Assembly: GCA_963808715.1 (NCBI GenBank) | Contig: CAWEHG010000015.1 | Span: 8,732 to 72,731, forward strand | Direction of reading: 5' to 3' | Source: Ignavibacteriota bacterium | GTDB lineage: Bacteria; Bacteroidota; Ignavibacteria; UBA10030; UBA6906 | DNA: 64,000 nt | Shown: piece by piece, positions 28,043-37,825 of the stretch | Layout: each line of letters begins with the position of its first letter | How positions within the stretch are numbered: the first letter of the stretch is position 1 | Notes under the pieces: generated by a model | What the model was told of the DNA's origin: nothing | The model's database searches: none | Seen by the model: only the letters and a program-made list of their open reading frames with translations | Made by a program: the position numbers and the translations under genes

Positions 28043-28957
28043 ATGATACTCGCTCTTTCCTCCGGAACACCTCTGATGCATGAACACGGCAGCGGGCTGT
28101 GGGGACTTCTCTTCCACACCCTCGTCGATACCCTTCCGATGGTCCCGGTCCTTTTCGTGCTGTACGCGCTCCTCGAGTACGTATACCACGGGAAAGGATA
28201 CGACCTGCTGACCCGGGCCAGGGTCTCGGGCGGGCTTGGGCCGCTGGCGGGGACCCTGCTGGGGATGATCCCGCAGTGTGGCATGTCGGTGTTCGTCACT
28301 TCGTTGTATGTATCGGGCCGGGTGACCATGGGAACGCTTGTGGCCACCTACATCGCCACGTCGGACGAAGCGATCCCGGTCCTGCTTGCGCATCGGACGC
28401 ATTGGGGTGCGGTGGGCATGTTGCTGGGGGTGAAACTGCTCGCCGGATTGGCCGCGGGCTATCTGGTGGACCTCGTAGGCCGCAGGCGGTTGTACAGGGG
28501 GCAGCGCGCCCCGGAGGTCTCCAGCTACGCGGTGGAGGTGCAGCTGGAGCTGAAGAAGACCACGCTCTCGCAGGTGTTGAACCACAGCCTCCGTCGGACT
28601 GGCCGGATCTTCGCCTGGGTGTTCGCGGTCAGTCTGCTCCTGGGTGCGGTCCTCGAACTCGTGGACGCCGAGCAGGCCATGCGCGCCCTCGGGGCTCATC
28701 CGGCGTTCGAAGTGGCGGCTCTGGCCCTGTTCGGGCTGATCCCGAACTGTGCCGCATCGATCGCGATCGCCGAGGGGTTCATCCATTCCTGGGTGTCGTT
28801 CGGCGGGGCGGTCGCTGGACTCTGTGCGGGGGCAGGCTACGGTCCGATCGTGCTCGTCAAGGAAGGGGACCGGAAGGAAGCGCTGCTGCTGCTGGCCATC
28901 GTGCTGGGGTTCTCGATGGGCGCGGGGTGGCTGGTCCGCGGGGTGGCGGTCCTCTGA
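28043..28957 (+). CDS. polytopic permease, ArsP_2-like (putative metal/arsenical exporter family)
   Basis: ORF 28043..28957. About 8-10 TM; ..MIPQCGMSVF..SDEAIPVLL..FGLIPNCAASIAIAEGF.. resembles the paired Cys-containing half-repeats of that family as I remember them. Confidence 0.45.
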   Translation: MILALSSGTPLMHEHGSGLWGLLFHTLVDTLPMVPVLFVLYALLEYVYHGKGYDLLTRARVSGGLGPLAGTLLGMIPQCGMSVFVTSLYVSGRVTMGTLVATYIATSDEAIPVLLAHRTHWGAVGMLLGVKLLAGLAAGYLVDLVGRRRLYRGQRAPEVSSYAVEVQLELKKTTLSQVLNHSLRRTGRIFAWVFAVSLLLGAVLELVDAEQAMRALGAHPAFEVAALALFGLIPNCAASIAIAEGFIHSWVSFGGAVAGLCAGAGYGPIVLVKEGDRKEALLLLAIVLGFSMGAGWLVRGVAVL

Positions 28958-28963
28958 GAAACG

Positions 28964-28992
28964 CGGAGCGCGGAGAAACTCTCCGCGCTCCG
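28964..28992 (+). terminator. strong GC hairpin after the plus-strand permease gene
   Basis: CGGAGCGCGGAGA-AAC-UCUCCGCGCUCCG: 13-bp perfect stem starting 7 nt after stop 28957. No clear U-tract. Confidence 0.45.
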
Positions 28993-29016
28993 GACTTCCT
29001 GGGGAAAAGGTCTCTG

Positions 29017-29036
29017 ACGCGGCAGGGCAGCCGCGT
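29017..29036 (-). terminator. hairpin plus U-tract after the minus-strand gene ending at 29042
   Basis: ACGCGGC-UGCCCU-GCCGCGU (minus sense), 7-bp stem, followed on the minus strand by CAGAGACCUUUUCCCC. Confidence 0.45.
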
Positions 29037-29041
29037 TCCCG

Positions 29042-29800
29042 TTATTTCGCCGCGTCGATCTGCGCGAGCGCCTTCTTCGTATCCACCCGCTTCGCCCACT
29101 CCTCGATCTCTTTCAACGGCCCGCGGAAGTGGAAAGTGACGCTCAACACCGCGATCCTGTTGTTCACCCCATCTTCGGGCTTCTTCAGTTCCACCCGCGA
29201 CAGCTGCTTGGTGTCCTTCAGGTTGACCGGGTCGCAGTAGATGACCACGCTCCCCTTCTCCGATGCGGCGTTGTCCTTCGTCCTGAGCGCGATCACTCCC
29301 GGACGCTCGAATACCACGGCGTCGGGGTCGATGGTGGCACCCCCGTAGTCGTTGAACTGGACGCTGATGTCCACCGGCTCCTTCTTGGCATCGACCGCCT
29401 TCAGCTGCTGCTGGCTCATCTTCTGGTTCATTTCCTGTCCCAGCTTGGACATCGTGGCGTAGTCCCCCTTCGCCTGGGCCTCGAGCATCTTCTTCTGGTA
29501 CTCCTTGGACATCTCCTCGTTCGATTTCTCCTGGGCCTTCTCGGTTCCGTACTTCCGGCTGGAAGAGCAACCGATCGGGTTGAACTTGCCGGATCTGTCG
29601 TTCTTGTAGGCCTCGGTCGGGAGACTGAAATCCTCGTCTTCCATCGCGTAGCCTGCCTGGGCCTTGCCGAGGGCCTCGAAGCAGGCGACGAATTTCTTCT
29701 TGATCACGGACACTTCGTCACGGTTCAGCGGGTGATCCTCTGCGACGGTGAGACCGCAGAATCCCGCCAGCATTACGGCGACAGCGAGGAACCTGGTCAT
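29042..29800 (-). CDS. secreted hypothetical protein
   Basis: ORF 29042..29848, start moved to MTRFLAVAVMLAGFCGLTVAE. Lys/Glu-rich coiled-like middle (EKSNEEMSKEYQKKMLEAQAKGD). No family recognised. Confidence 0.55.
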   Translation of the reverse strand: MTRFLAVAVMLAGFCGLTVAEDHPLNRDEVSVIKKKFVACFEALGKAQAGYAMEDEDFSLPTEAYKNDRSGKFNPIGCSSSRKYGTEKAQEKSNEEMSKEYQKKMLEAQAKGDYATMSKLGQEMNQKMSQQQLKAVDAKKEPVDISVQFNDYGGATIDPDAVVFERPGVIALRTKDNAASEKGSVVIYCDPVNLKDTKQLSRVELKKPEDGVNNRIAVLSVTFHFRGPLKEIEEWAKRVDTKKALAQIDAAK

Positions 29801-29892
29801 GGACCCTCTCTCCCTGCCTAGTGAGTGGATACGGTGGCAACTGGTCAAGTGGTAGAAGTATCGGCACTTTTTTCGTCAAGCGCAACGCGGCG

Positions 29893-31468
29893 TCACTGTG
29901 CCTGCTTGCCGCCGGTCTTGCCGGTGCGGTTCGGTTCCAGCCGTTTCGGCCACTCCATCTGCTTGCCCGTGGCCTTGTCCACCGGCAGCACCCGCCGCTC
30001 GCGGGAGACCGTCTGGGGGTCTTCCGAGGCGAGATAGGCGAGACAGGCCATCAGGACCACGTTGTTCTTCAGGTCGTCGAAGACGAGCTTGTCGTACGTG
30101 TCCCTGTTGGTGTGCCACGTGTAGGCGAAGTAGTCCCAGTTCACCCCGCCGACCCCGAACCCTGGTGCTCCGGCGGTCGTGAACGAGGCGTTGTCCGTCC
30201 CGCCGCCGCCGGGCATTCCCGGGAAACTCGGCTTGAGATCCCTGGTCACCTCCGACGGGATCCGCGAGAGCCAGCGTGCGATCTGTTCGCCGCCGTTCAG
30301 GAAGCCCGCAGCGCCGATCCCGGTGATCCGGCCCGTGCCGTTGTCCTGGTTGAACAGGGCCTGCATCCGGTCGACGATCTCGGGGTGGTCCGCGACGAAT
30401 GCCGCGGAGCCGTTCAGTCCCTGTTCCTCGCTCCCCCAGAGCCCGGCCATGATCGTGCGCTTCGGATGGGGGTAGACCTTTTTCAGGATCCTCATCGCCT
30501 CGATCATGATGAGAGAGCCGGTGCCGTTGTCCGTTGCCCCGGAAGCGCCGTCCCATGAATCGAGGTGGGCCGAAAGGATGACGTATTCCGCGGGCTTCTC
30601 AGAGCCCTTGATGATCCCCAGGGAATTGGAGGCCGGGACCGGTCCGAGGAACCGGGAGTCGGTCTCGATCCTGAGCAGGGGGTTGTTGCCATATTCGACC
30701 AGGCGATAGAGCAGGGCGTAGTCCTCGAGGCTCAGGGCCACCGCGGGGATCTTCTTCGTGCTCGTGCCGAAGATGCGGTAGGTTCCCCACCCACTGGACC
30801 AGTCGGACGTGATGATGCCCGCCGCGCCGGCCTGTTCCAGCACCTGGTGGAGCGTGTCGGCGTTGAAGCCGGTGATCTTGCGCCGATGCTCCCAGTTCTT
30901 GCGGGTACGCTCGCGGGAAGCCTTCAGGCTGTCGAACGAGTCTTTGGTGGCCTGTTCCTCCCATGTCTTGTCGGGACGTCCCGTGGGCTGCGGCATGCGA
31001 GAGCAGGACGAATTTCCCCTTGACGGATGGGAGCCACTTCTGGAACGCAAGGGAATCCTGCGCATCGGCGAAGATGATCAGGCGGGCGCTCACGCCCCCC
31101 CGCGGAGTGGCGGGGCTCCACGACAGCATTGTTCCCTCGAGTGTCCGCACCCGGGGTTCCAGGAGGTCGATATGCGACGTGCCGCGTTCCCATCCGCGCC
31201 ACGTGCCGTACTGTTCGGTCTTTCCCTCGATCCCCCACGCGGCGAATTGCGCCTCGGCCCACGCGTGCGCCTTCTGCATCTGCGGCGTGCCGGTCAGCCG
31301 TGGTCCGACAACATCCAGCAACTCGTGCGCGAGCCGGGGGAGCTGGGTCGAATCCATGGCTTCGGCCCAGATACTCCGGATGACCGGGTCGTCCGAGGGG
31401 AAGGTCTGTCCCTGGACCGCGATAGGCAGGGCGAGCAGCAGCACGGCGAGAATAGATCTCACGTCCAC
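29893..31468 (-). CDS. M28-family aminopeptidase (one frame break)
   Basis: ORFs 30599..31468 (MDVRSILAVLLLALPIAVQGQ..KGKFVLLS) and 29893..31065 (..YVILSAHLDSWDGASGATDNGTGSLIMIEAMRIL..AGLWGSEEQGLNGS..GGGGTDNASF..). Break near 30993-31003. Confidence 0.8.
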
Positions 31469-31547
31469 TCCAGTATTGGTTGCGGGGATACGGTTGCGGC
31501 CCGCGAGCGGGCCGCAACAGGTAAGATACGCAGATCGGGGGGAAGAA

Positions 31548-32510
31548 TCACCGGGCCAGTTTTTCGACGCGCGCGGCGGCGTCCTCGGCGTCCGGCCCTG
31601 AGGGTTTCATCGCAAGGAATTTGCGGTAATGGTCAAGGGCCTCTGCCTGCTTTGCCATCCGGTCATAGCAGCGTGCCATGTGATAGATCGGCGTGCCCCA
31701 GGCGGGGGAGACCGATGCAGCCCTGGCGAACTGTTCGAGGGCTTCGGGATACCTCTCCCTGGCGAACAGCCCTTCCCCCAGGCTGTCCCAGCTGTTGGCG
31801 TCGCCGGGGGCGACCCTGGCGTATTCACGGAACTGCCCGATGGCGTCGTCCAACCGCTTCTGATTCATATAGAGGTAGCCGAGCCGGTGGTAGGCCTGCC
31901 ACCGTGAGGGGTTCTCCTTCGAAGCGTTCCGGTATTCCTGCTCGGCCAGCTTTTCGTCCTTCTCGTAGGCGGCCACCCGCGCCAGTGCGAGGTGTCCGTC
32001 GTAGGGGCTGCGCTTCAGGAGTTCGCCCGCCTGCTCGCGGGCCTTCTCCACGCTTCCCCCCACGATACCCGGAGCGCGGAGATAGTACTCCACCAATGCC
32101 GTGCGGTACGGAATACTGCCGGGGTCCAGCTCGACGGCGCGCAGGAACTCGGTCTTGACCTTCCCCGCGTACGACATCTTCGAAAAGATGCTGACGACCT
32201 GTGCCTGTGCGCCGTAGAGATTCCCCAGGGTGAAGTGGTATTCGGCGTTCCGGTCGGCGAGTTCCACCGCTTTCTCGAGATGCTCTTCGGCAGCGTCGAA
32301 CTCCCTGAAATGACTCATGAGAAGCCGCCCGAGGTGGAACCGCGCCTCGGCGTCCCCGCCGTCGCGGCGCACGATCTGTTCGAGCATCGTTCGAGCGGCG
32401 TCGTAACTTCGGGAGTCGACGAGTTTGACCGCCTCCGCCACGGAATCGCCGGCGGGAGAAGCGGTCGTGAAGAGGACTACGAGAAGGAGCAGCTGGCAGG
32501 CTGGCTTCAT
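31548..32510 (-). CDS. TPR-repeat protein, secreted
   Basis: ORF 31548..32564, start moved to MKPACQLLLLVVLFTTASPAGD. Repeated A..YHLG..Y....A...F..A TPR units. Confidence 0.75.
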   Translation of the reverse strand: MKPACQLLLLVVLFTTASPAGDSVAEAVKLVDSRSYDAARTMLEQIVRRDGGDAEARFHLGRLLMSHFREFDAAEEHLEKAVELADRNAEYHFTLGNLYGAQAQVVSIFSKMSYAGKVKTEFLRAVELDPGSIPYRTALVEYYLRAPGIVGGSVEKAREQAGELLKRSPYDGHLALARVAAYEKDEKLAEQEYRNASKENPSRWQAYHRLGYLYMNQKRLDDAIGQFREYARVAPGDANSWDSLGEGLFARERYPEALEQFARAASVSPAWGTPIYHMARCYDRMAKQAEALDHYRKFLAMKPSGPDAEDAAARVEKLAR

Positions 32511-32610
32511 GGACACGGTCCGGAAAGGATTGTGGGAGAGGGGGGCGCTGAGGCGCCCCCCCATCCCGAACGTATACGAGGGGAGTGCGAGGGAGGTTAC
32601 GCCCGCGGCC

Positions 32611-33738
32611 CTATTTCGCCTTCCTGATGCTGATCGAGCCGATCAACGTTTCCACCTGGATCCTGTGCCCGCCGCCGTTGAGGATGATCTGGACCTCCGC
32701 CCGGCGGGCGGAGCCCGGCTCCCGGGTCATGGGGAAGTCGGATTCGATCGAGTTTTCCCCATCCTCCTCGCCGGCAAGGAAGGGGGTCCTCGACCGTGCG
32801 GTGATCGTGGCGCGCGCCTTCTCGTTGATCCACAGGGTGATGTCACCCGCGGAAGTCAGGAGGGAGCTGGATTCCTTCACGGAGGGGTCCAGCGTCGCCT
32901 CGATATTCCCGGCCGAGGTCCGTGCGGTCACGGATCCCTGGACATCCTTCAGCTTCACGTTCCCGGCCGACGTCTCTGCAAGCACCCGGCCGCGCGCGGA
33001 ACGGAGCTCCACGTTCCCTCCGGCGCTGCGCAGGGAAATGTTCCCCTGGCCCGATTCTGCGCGGATATTCCCCCCTGCCGTCGAGGCTTCGACGTCCCCG
33101 CCGATCTTGCCGATGGAGATGTTGCCTCCCGCGGTCGACACGCGCGTCCGCTTGCCGGTGTTCCCGATCTCCACGTCGCCTCCGGCCGTGGAGACCTGCA
33201 CCTCGCCGCTCGCGCCCCTGATCTGGATCTCGCCCCCCGCCGAACGCGCCTCCAGGTCGCCGCTGATCTCGCCGGCCTCGATGTTGCCGCCCGCCGTCTC
33301 CAGCTGGATCTTCCCTCCGAGCGCGCCGAGGGTGACGTTGCCTCCGGCGGTGCTCCCCCTCAGGGTGCCCGAGAGCGGAGCGATCAGCTGGAGGTTCCCG
33401 CCGCCGGTCCGGAGATCGACGGTGAACGAGGACGGTACGCTGATGTCGAACTCTATCCGTTCCTGCCGGCGCCCTTCCCATCGGTACTCGACCAGGACCT
33501 TCCCCCCGCCCTGCGACATCTCGACCTTTTTCAGCTGTTCCTCGCTCATGGAGCGGACGGTTACCTGCACCGATTCCTTCTCCCAGCCGCGGACGGTCAC
33601 GTTGCCGCTGCCGACCTCCACCTGAAGGGTTTCCCCCTTCTTTGCCGGGAACGACTGCTGGCGCTCGCCGGCCGCACCGATCTGCACCGCAAGAAGCAGC
33701 GCCGCGACGAGACAGATCACGACCATGATCTTGTTCAT
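32611..33738 (-). CDS. DUF4097-family beta-strand repeat protein (putative adhesin/beta-helix)
   Basis: ORF 32611..33738. MNKIMVVICLVAALLLAVQ; about 12 repeats of S(T/A)AGGN(I/V)..; start overlaps the stop of the upstream anti-sigma gene by 4 nt. Confidence 0.8.
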   Translation of the reverse strand: MNKIMVVICLVAALLLAVQIGAAGERQQSFPAKKGETLQVEVGSGNVTVRGWEKESVQVTVRSMSEEQLKKVEMSQGGGKVLVEYRWEGRRQERIEFDISVPSSFTVDLRTGGGNLQLIAPLSGTLRGSTAGGNVTLGALGGKIQLETAGGNIEAGEISGDLEARSAGGEIQIRGASGEVQVSTAGGDVEIGNTGKRTRVSTAGGNISIGKIGGDVEASTAGGNIRAESGQGNISLRSAGGNVELRSARGRVLAETSAGNVKLKDVQGSVTARTSAGNIEATLDPSVKESSSLLTSAGDITLWINEKARATITARSRTPFLAGEEDGENSIESDFPMTREPGSARRAEVQIILNGGGHRIQVETLIGSISIRKAK

Positions 33739-34649
33739 TGCTGTCCCTCCTCAAGGATGGATCTGGATCTCACCCGTACGTACAGGTTCTGTTCGGACTC
33801 GACCCCTTTGCGGACCGAGCGAAGCTGCGTGGCGTCCGGGCCGAATCCTCGCAGGCGCAGAGAGTCCAGCCCGTTGATCGCGGCGATACGCAGTCCGGCG
33901 TTGGGGTCGTGGGTCAGCACCTCCAGCAGCATGTCGCGGATCTCGCGACCCGGGGGGTAACGCATCAACGCCTGCAGGGCTTCCTTCCGGACCGCGTCGT
34001 TGGGGTCCTTCCTGGCGGCGAGCATCAACGCCGTGCGGACCTCGCGATCGGCCGGCATGGCGTCGCCGGAGGCCACGCCGCTGACCGCGCGCAACCGGAC
34101 GCCGGGGTTCTCCGCATTCACCAGGGCCGACGCGAGGACCTTCTGGACCTGCGGATCGTCGATGCTCCCCCGGACCCGGACCGGTTTCACCAGATCGAAG
34201 GTCGCTTCGATGGTCCGGCCGGCGTCGCCTGACAGCCGAATGTTGGTCACCCGGACGTCCCCTTCAGGAGAGAATGGAAGGTCGGGTGGCGGGGAGGTGA
34301 GCCTGCCCGTGAAGAACGCCGCCGCGAGGATGGCCACAGAGCCGGTGACGAAGGCCCACCGGAAGGCCGGGGCGGAGAGCCCCGGGAAGAGGGCTCGCCG
34401 GCCTCGCGCTGCAGCGCGGACCGCGGCAAGACCTTCGCTGCGCGCTTCCCTGATCGTCGTATCCTGCACCACCGGGGAGGGGACGCGCCCGAGCAATGTG
34501 TGGAGACTCCGCGTGGAGTCGAGGTTCTTCCGGCACGACTCGCACGAAGCGAGGTGTTCGTTGAGTTCGTGGGCCTGCCGCTCCGTCAGTTCATGATAGA
34601 GCAGGAGGGGGATCATCCGTTCGAATTTCCGATGTCCGATCATGTCCAT
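33735..34649 (-). CDS. anti-sigma factor (zf-HC2) with C-terminal HEAT-like repeats
   Basis: ORF 33735..34745, start moved to MDMIGHRKFERMIPLLLYHELTERQAHELNEHLASCESCRKNLDS (H-x3-C-x2-C). TM ..WAFVTGSVAILAAAFF. HEAT-like ENPGVRLRAVSGV, DPNDAVRKEALQAL, DPNAGLRIAAINGL. Confidence 0.7.
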   Translation of the reverse strand: MDMIGHRKFERMIPLLLYHELTERQAHELNEHLASCESCRKNLDSTRSLHTLLGRVPSPVVQDTTIREARSEGLAAVRAAARGRRALFPGLSAPAFRWAFVTGSVAILAAAFFTGRLTSPPPDLPFSPEGDVRVTNIRLSGDAGRTIEATFDLVKPVRVRGSIDDPQVQKVLASALVNAENPGVRLRAVSGVASGDAMPADREVRTALMLAARKDPNDAVRKEALQALMRYPPGREIRDMLLEVLTHDPNAGLRIAAINGLDSLRLRGFGPDATQLRSVRKGVESEQNLYVRVRSRSILEEGQQ

Positions 34650-34668
34650 ATCCTTCTCTGTGCCGCCG

Positions 34669-35217
34669 TCAGAGCAGATCGCCCAGTTCACCGCGCATCC
34701 TGCGCGTTGCGTCGAAGAGATACCGCTTCGCGGTCCCCTCCGCACATCTGAGCGTTGCCGCGATCTCCTTCATCGATCGTCCTTCGTAGTGCCGCAGGGT
34801 GAAGACCATTCGCTGTTGCGGCGAGAGCATTTGCATGGCTTGCCGGATCCGGCGTGCCGTATCGCTGGCCTCTGCCGCTTCGTCCGGGGTGGCTTCCGGC
34901 GAAGGGGGATCCTCGTCCTCCAGCGCGACGGACGCCCTCTCATGCTGACCGCCGTCTGCATGCCGCCGGTCGCGGTGGCTCAGGCAGGTATTCACCGTGA
35001 TCCGGTGGAGCCAGGTGGAAAACTCACTCTGGAAACGGAACCCCGGGAGGCCGCGGTAGACCTTGATCAGGATCTCCTGGTAGAGATCCTTGGCGTCGTC
35101 GGCGCTCCGGACGAAACGGGCCAGCAGCGCGAAGACCGCGCGGTCGTGCTGCTGCACCAGTTCGGCGAACGCGACCTGGTCGCCGTTCTGGGCTCTTCGA
35201 ATGAGTTCGGTCATCAT
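34669..35217 (-). CDS. ECF-type RNA polymerase sigma-70 family factor
   Basis: ORF 34669..35217. Region 2 ..DAKDLYQEILIKVYRGLPGFRFQSEFSTWLHRITVNTCL; region 4 ..LSPQQRMVFTLRHYEGRSMKEIAATLRCAEGTAKRYLFDA. Confidence 0.9.
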   Translation of the reverse strand: MMTELIRRAQNGDQVAFAELVQQHDRAVFALLARFVRSADDAKDLYQEILIKVYRGLPGFRFQSEFSTWLHRITVNTCLSHRDRRHADGGQHERASVALEDEDPPSPEATPDEAAEASDTARRIRQAMQMLSPQQRMVFTLRHYEGRSMKEIAATLRCAEGTAKRYLFDATRRMRGELGDLL

Positions 35218-35238
35218 GGCCTGATGGCGTCTATCCTG

Positions 35239-35267
35239 TTAGACGGGGTGGCAGGGGAAAAGGTTGT
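35239..35267 (-). promoter_or_regulatory. candidate ECF-type (autoregulated) promoter upstream of the sigma gene
   Basis: Minus sense: ACAACC-N16-CGTCTAA, about 20 nt upstream of the ATG. Matches the loose AAC-N16/17-CGT ECF pattern. By-eye only. Confidence 0.3.
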
Positions 35268-35282
35268 GGGCCGGAAACAGCC

Positions 35283-35303
35283 GAGCCGGCGCGGGGCCGG
35301 CTC
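35283..35303 (-). terminator. hairpin just 3' of tRNA-Gly
   Basis: Minus sense GAGCCGGC-CCCGC-GCCGGCUC (8-bp stem) followed by GGCUGUUUCC; lies 12 nt after the tRNA 3' end. Confidence 0.45.
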
Positions 35304-35314
35304 GCTGGGAGTGG

Positions 35315-35388
35315 TGGAGCGGGGCACGGGAGTTGAACCCGTCTTTCAAGCTTGGGAAGCTCGCGTTGAACCGATCAACTAGCCCCGC
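35315..35388 (-). tRNA. tRNA-Gly (anticodon CCC), CCA encoded
   Basis: Minus sense, 74 nt. Acceptor GCGGGGC/GCCCCGC; D arm GUUG-AUCGGUU-CAAC; anticodon arm CGAGC-UUCCCAA-GCUUG; T arm ACGGG-UUCAACU-CCCGU; discriminator U then CCA. Confidence 0.9.
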
Positions 35389-35550
35389 AACTGCATCAAC
35401 GTAACACAATTCTCCCGGAATTTCAAGTGCGGTGCGGCTGCAGTGCCGCACGTCCGGCAGCGAAAAGGTTCGGGTTGACATTCAGGGCCGTCTCTCCTAC
35501 CTTTTTGGGCCGGTTGACCGGCGATTCTCAACCATGCTGACAGGGAAATC

Positions 35551-36981
35551 ATGAATCATCCTGCACGATGGATCGTCCTCCTGTTCTGCTCCGCGATAAC
35601 ACTCGTTGGCAGCTCGCTCTCCGCCCAGGTGCCTGCACAGTCAACCCCGGTCCTCACCGCCGCCCAGAAGCAGTGGCTGACCAAGGCGAAGCGGTTCGAG
35701 CGCGAAGGCTGGATCTACCTCCGGATCGACGGGGGACCCTCCGAGCGGGGCTTCCAGCACGGCTACCTGCTGGCGCGGGAGATCGCCTTCTCCATGGCCT
35801 CCGTCCGGAAGGACTGGGAGTACGATAGCGGCATGGAGTGGCGGTGGCTCGTGGAACGGGCGGAGGCGATGTTCGCGGGGCGCATCGACGCCGAGCTGCT
35901 GGCGGAGATCGACGGGATGGTGGAGGGGCTTGGCGCTGCAGGCGTGAAAACGACGCGGGCCGAGATGGTCGCCTACAACGGCATCATCGAGCTGCAGGGG
36001 TACTGGTGGCCGACCGTGAAGGATTCCCTGAAGGCGCGCTCCCCGGACAGGTCGCAGGAGTCCTGCAGCAGCTTCATCGCCACCGGGAGCATGACCGCCG
36101 ACGGAGGGATCGTGCTGGGGCACAACACGATGACCTCGTACGCGCCGGCGGACTGCAACGTCATCCTGGACCTGGTCCCCTCGAAGGGACACCGGATCCT
36201 CTGGCAGGGGTCCCCGGGATGGATCCACAGCGGGACCGACTTCTTCATCACCGATGCGGGGCTCGTGGGATCGGAGACCACGATCGGCGGATTCAAGGGA
36301 TTCGACCGCGGAGGGATCCCCGAATTCGTGCGCATGCGCCGGGCCACGCAGGATGCCTCTTCCATCGACGAGTGGTGTGACATCATGCGCAAAGGGAACA
36401 ACGGCGGCTATGCCAACGCGTGGCTGATCGGCGACGTCAGGACCAACGAGATCGCCCGGCTGGAACTGGGGCTCAAACATACCGCCCTCGAGCGGACGAA
36501 GGACGGGTACTTCGTCGGGTCGAACGTCGCGGAAGACCTCCGGATCCTTCGTTTCGAGACCGACACGCGCGAAACGGACATTCGCGTCAGCGACATCGCC
36601 CGCAGGGTTCGATGGAAGGAACTCATGCGGCAGCACAGGGGGAAGATCGACGCGGAGCTCGCGCGGGCCTTCGAGGGGGATCATTACGATTCCTACCTGA
36701 AGAAGGCGAGATTCGGCTCCCGCTCCCTCTGTGCCCACTGGGAATATGAGACCGAGGATCCGGCCACCCCGGCGTTCGACCCTTCCGGCACCGTCGACGC
36801 GAAGGTCGTGGATTCCGGGATGGCCAAGCGGATGGCCTTCGCGGCGCGATGGGGCTCCGGGTGCGGGACCGCGTTCGATGCGCCGAAGTTCCTGGAGGAG
36901 CATCCGCAATTCGAATGGATGACCGGGATCCTGCGCAGCAGGAAGGCCTATCCCTGGACCGAATTCCGGGTGGGGGAATGA
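35551..36981 (+). CDS. Ntn-hydrolase of phospholipase-B-like / C45-related type, secreted
   Basis: ORF 35551..36981. Signal MNHPARWIVLLFCSAITLVGSSLSAQ; ..QESCSSFIATGSMTADGGIVLGHNTMTSY.. and ..GSPGWIHSGTDFFITDAGLVGSETTIGGF.. match the Cys-nucleophile and GxxxSxDDFY..ETT signatures of that family as I recall them. Intact. Confidence 0.6.
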   Translation: MNHPARWIVLLFCSAITLVGSSLSAQVPAQSTPVLTAAQKQWLTKAKRFEREGWIYLRIDGGPSERGFQHGYLLAREIAFSMASVRKDWEYDSGMEWRWLVERAEAMFAGRIDAELLAEIDGMVEGLGAAGVKTTRAEMVAYNGIIELQGYWWPTVKDSLKARSPDRSQESCSSFIATGSMTADGGIVLGHNTMTSYAPADCNVILDLVPSKGHRILWQGSPGWIHSGTDFFITDAGLVGSETTIGGFKGFDRGGIPEFVRMRRATQDASSIDEWCDIMRKGNNGGYANAWLIGDVRTNEIARLELGLKHTALERTKDGYFVGSNVAEDLRILRFETDTRETDIRVSDIARRVRWKELMRQHRGKIDAELARAFEGDHYDSYLKKARFGSRSLCAHWEYETEDPATPAFDPSGTVDAKVVDSGMAKRMAFAARWGSGCGTAFDAPKFLEEHPQFEWMTGILRSRKAYPWTEFRVGE

Positions 36982-37614
36982 TGCAGCGGGATCTCCCCAG
37001 GTCCGGCCCGAAGATGCCGGTTTCCGCCTATGCGGGATCGGAACGCCCCGTTTCTCTCGGTCTGAAGATCGCCCTGAACCTCTTCCTCGCGGTCTATCTC
37101 TACCAGTCGGCTTCCGTGTTCATCGAGTACCGGCCCGGTGAACACTGGCCGTTCCTCTTCTGGATCATCCGGAACAGCATCTTCCTCTTCATCCACGAAG
37201 GGGGGCACGGGCTCTTCATGTTCTTCGGCCGGGTCCTCCACTCCCTTGGCGGTTCCTTCTGGCAGATCATGTCTTCCCTTCATCTCATTCCTGATCGGCG
37301 TGCGCAAGCGCTCCACCGTGGTGGCGCCGTTCGCGCTCTTCTGGACGGGGGTCAACATGATGGACGTGAGCCTCTACATGCGCGATGCACCCCTGATGCA
37401 GCTCCCCCTCCTGGGAGGGCACAAGTCGGGCCACGACTGGCGGTTTCTGTTCGGGGAATTCGACCTGCTCGACTCGGCGGGCGACATCGCCGATGTCATG
37501 TACTTCGGGGGATTGCTCATTTCCATCGGATCCATCGTCGCCGGACTCTGGTTCGCGGTGCAGCGGTATCTGCACCCCGAGCCGCTGGCGATGCACCAGC
37601 AAACGGACGACTGA
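36978..37614 (+). CDS. membrane protein with HExxH motif (putative metalloprotease-like), one frame break
   Basis: ATG 36978 (overlaps the previous stop): MMQRDLPRSG..LFLAVYLYQSASVF..FLFIHEGGHGLFMFFGRVLHSLGGSFWQIM (frame of ORF 36849..37634), then ..LPFISFLIGVRKRSTVVAPFALFWTGVNMMDVSLYMRDAP.. (ORF 37138..37614). Break near 37265-37275. Confidence 0.5.
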
Positions 37615-37630
37615 ACAGGGAGGACCCACC

Positions 37631-37825
37631 ATGACACTGGACGAGCTGAAAGCCCAGGTGAAGACGCTCACCCCCGAGGACCGGCGCAAGCTGGCGCTCT
37701 ACATCCTCGAACTCGAGAAGGACCACTTCAGGGACAACGTGGGTCCGCAGATCTCCGAGGACCTGGAAGGGGTCGGGAAGATGCTTCAGGAGACGTTCGA
37801 GAAGATCAAGAAACGCATTTCCTGA
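37631..37825 (+). CDS. small hypothetical protein (64 aa)
   Basis: ATG 37631 inside ORF 37493..37825: MTLDELKAQVKTLTPEDRRKLALYILELEKDHFRDNV..; helical and charged; GGAGG-like GGGAGGA upstream. Confidence 0.45.
   Translation: MTLDELKAQVKTLTPEDRRKLALYILELEKDHFRDNVGPQISEDLEGVGKMLQETFEKIKKRIS

Noticed and set aside
32611-33738. Regular periodicity of about 45-60 nt in the DNA, checked as a possible CRISPR array or tandem DNA repeat
   Set aside because: The units are imperfect, contiguous with no unique spacers, and in-frame. They encode the S-x-AGGN-I/V beta-strand repeat of a DUF4097 protein. No cas genes are nearby.
32425-33960. 511-aa and 346-aa plus-strand ORFs (32425..33960, 32585..33625) and a 303-aa off-frame minus ORF over the same region
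   Set aside because: They overlap the DUF4097 repeat gene. Their translations are Arg/Pro/Gly-rich without domains. Repeat-rich, GC-rich coding DNA keeps alternative frames open. The 32611..33738(-) frame has the signal peptide and family repeats.
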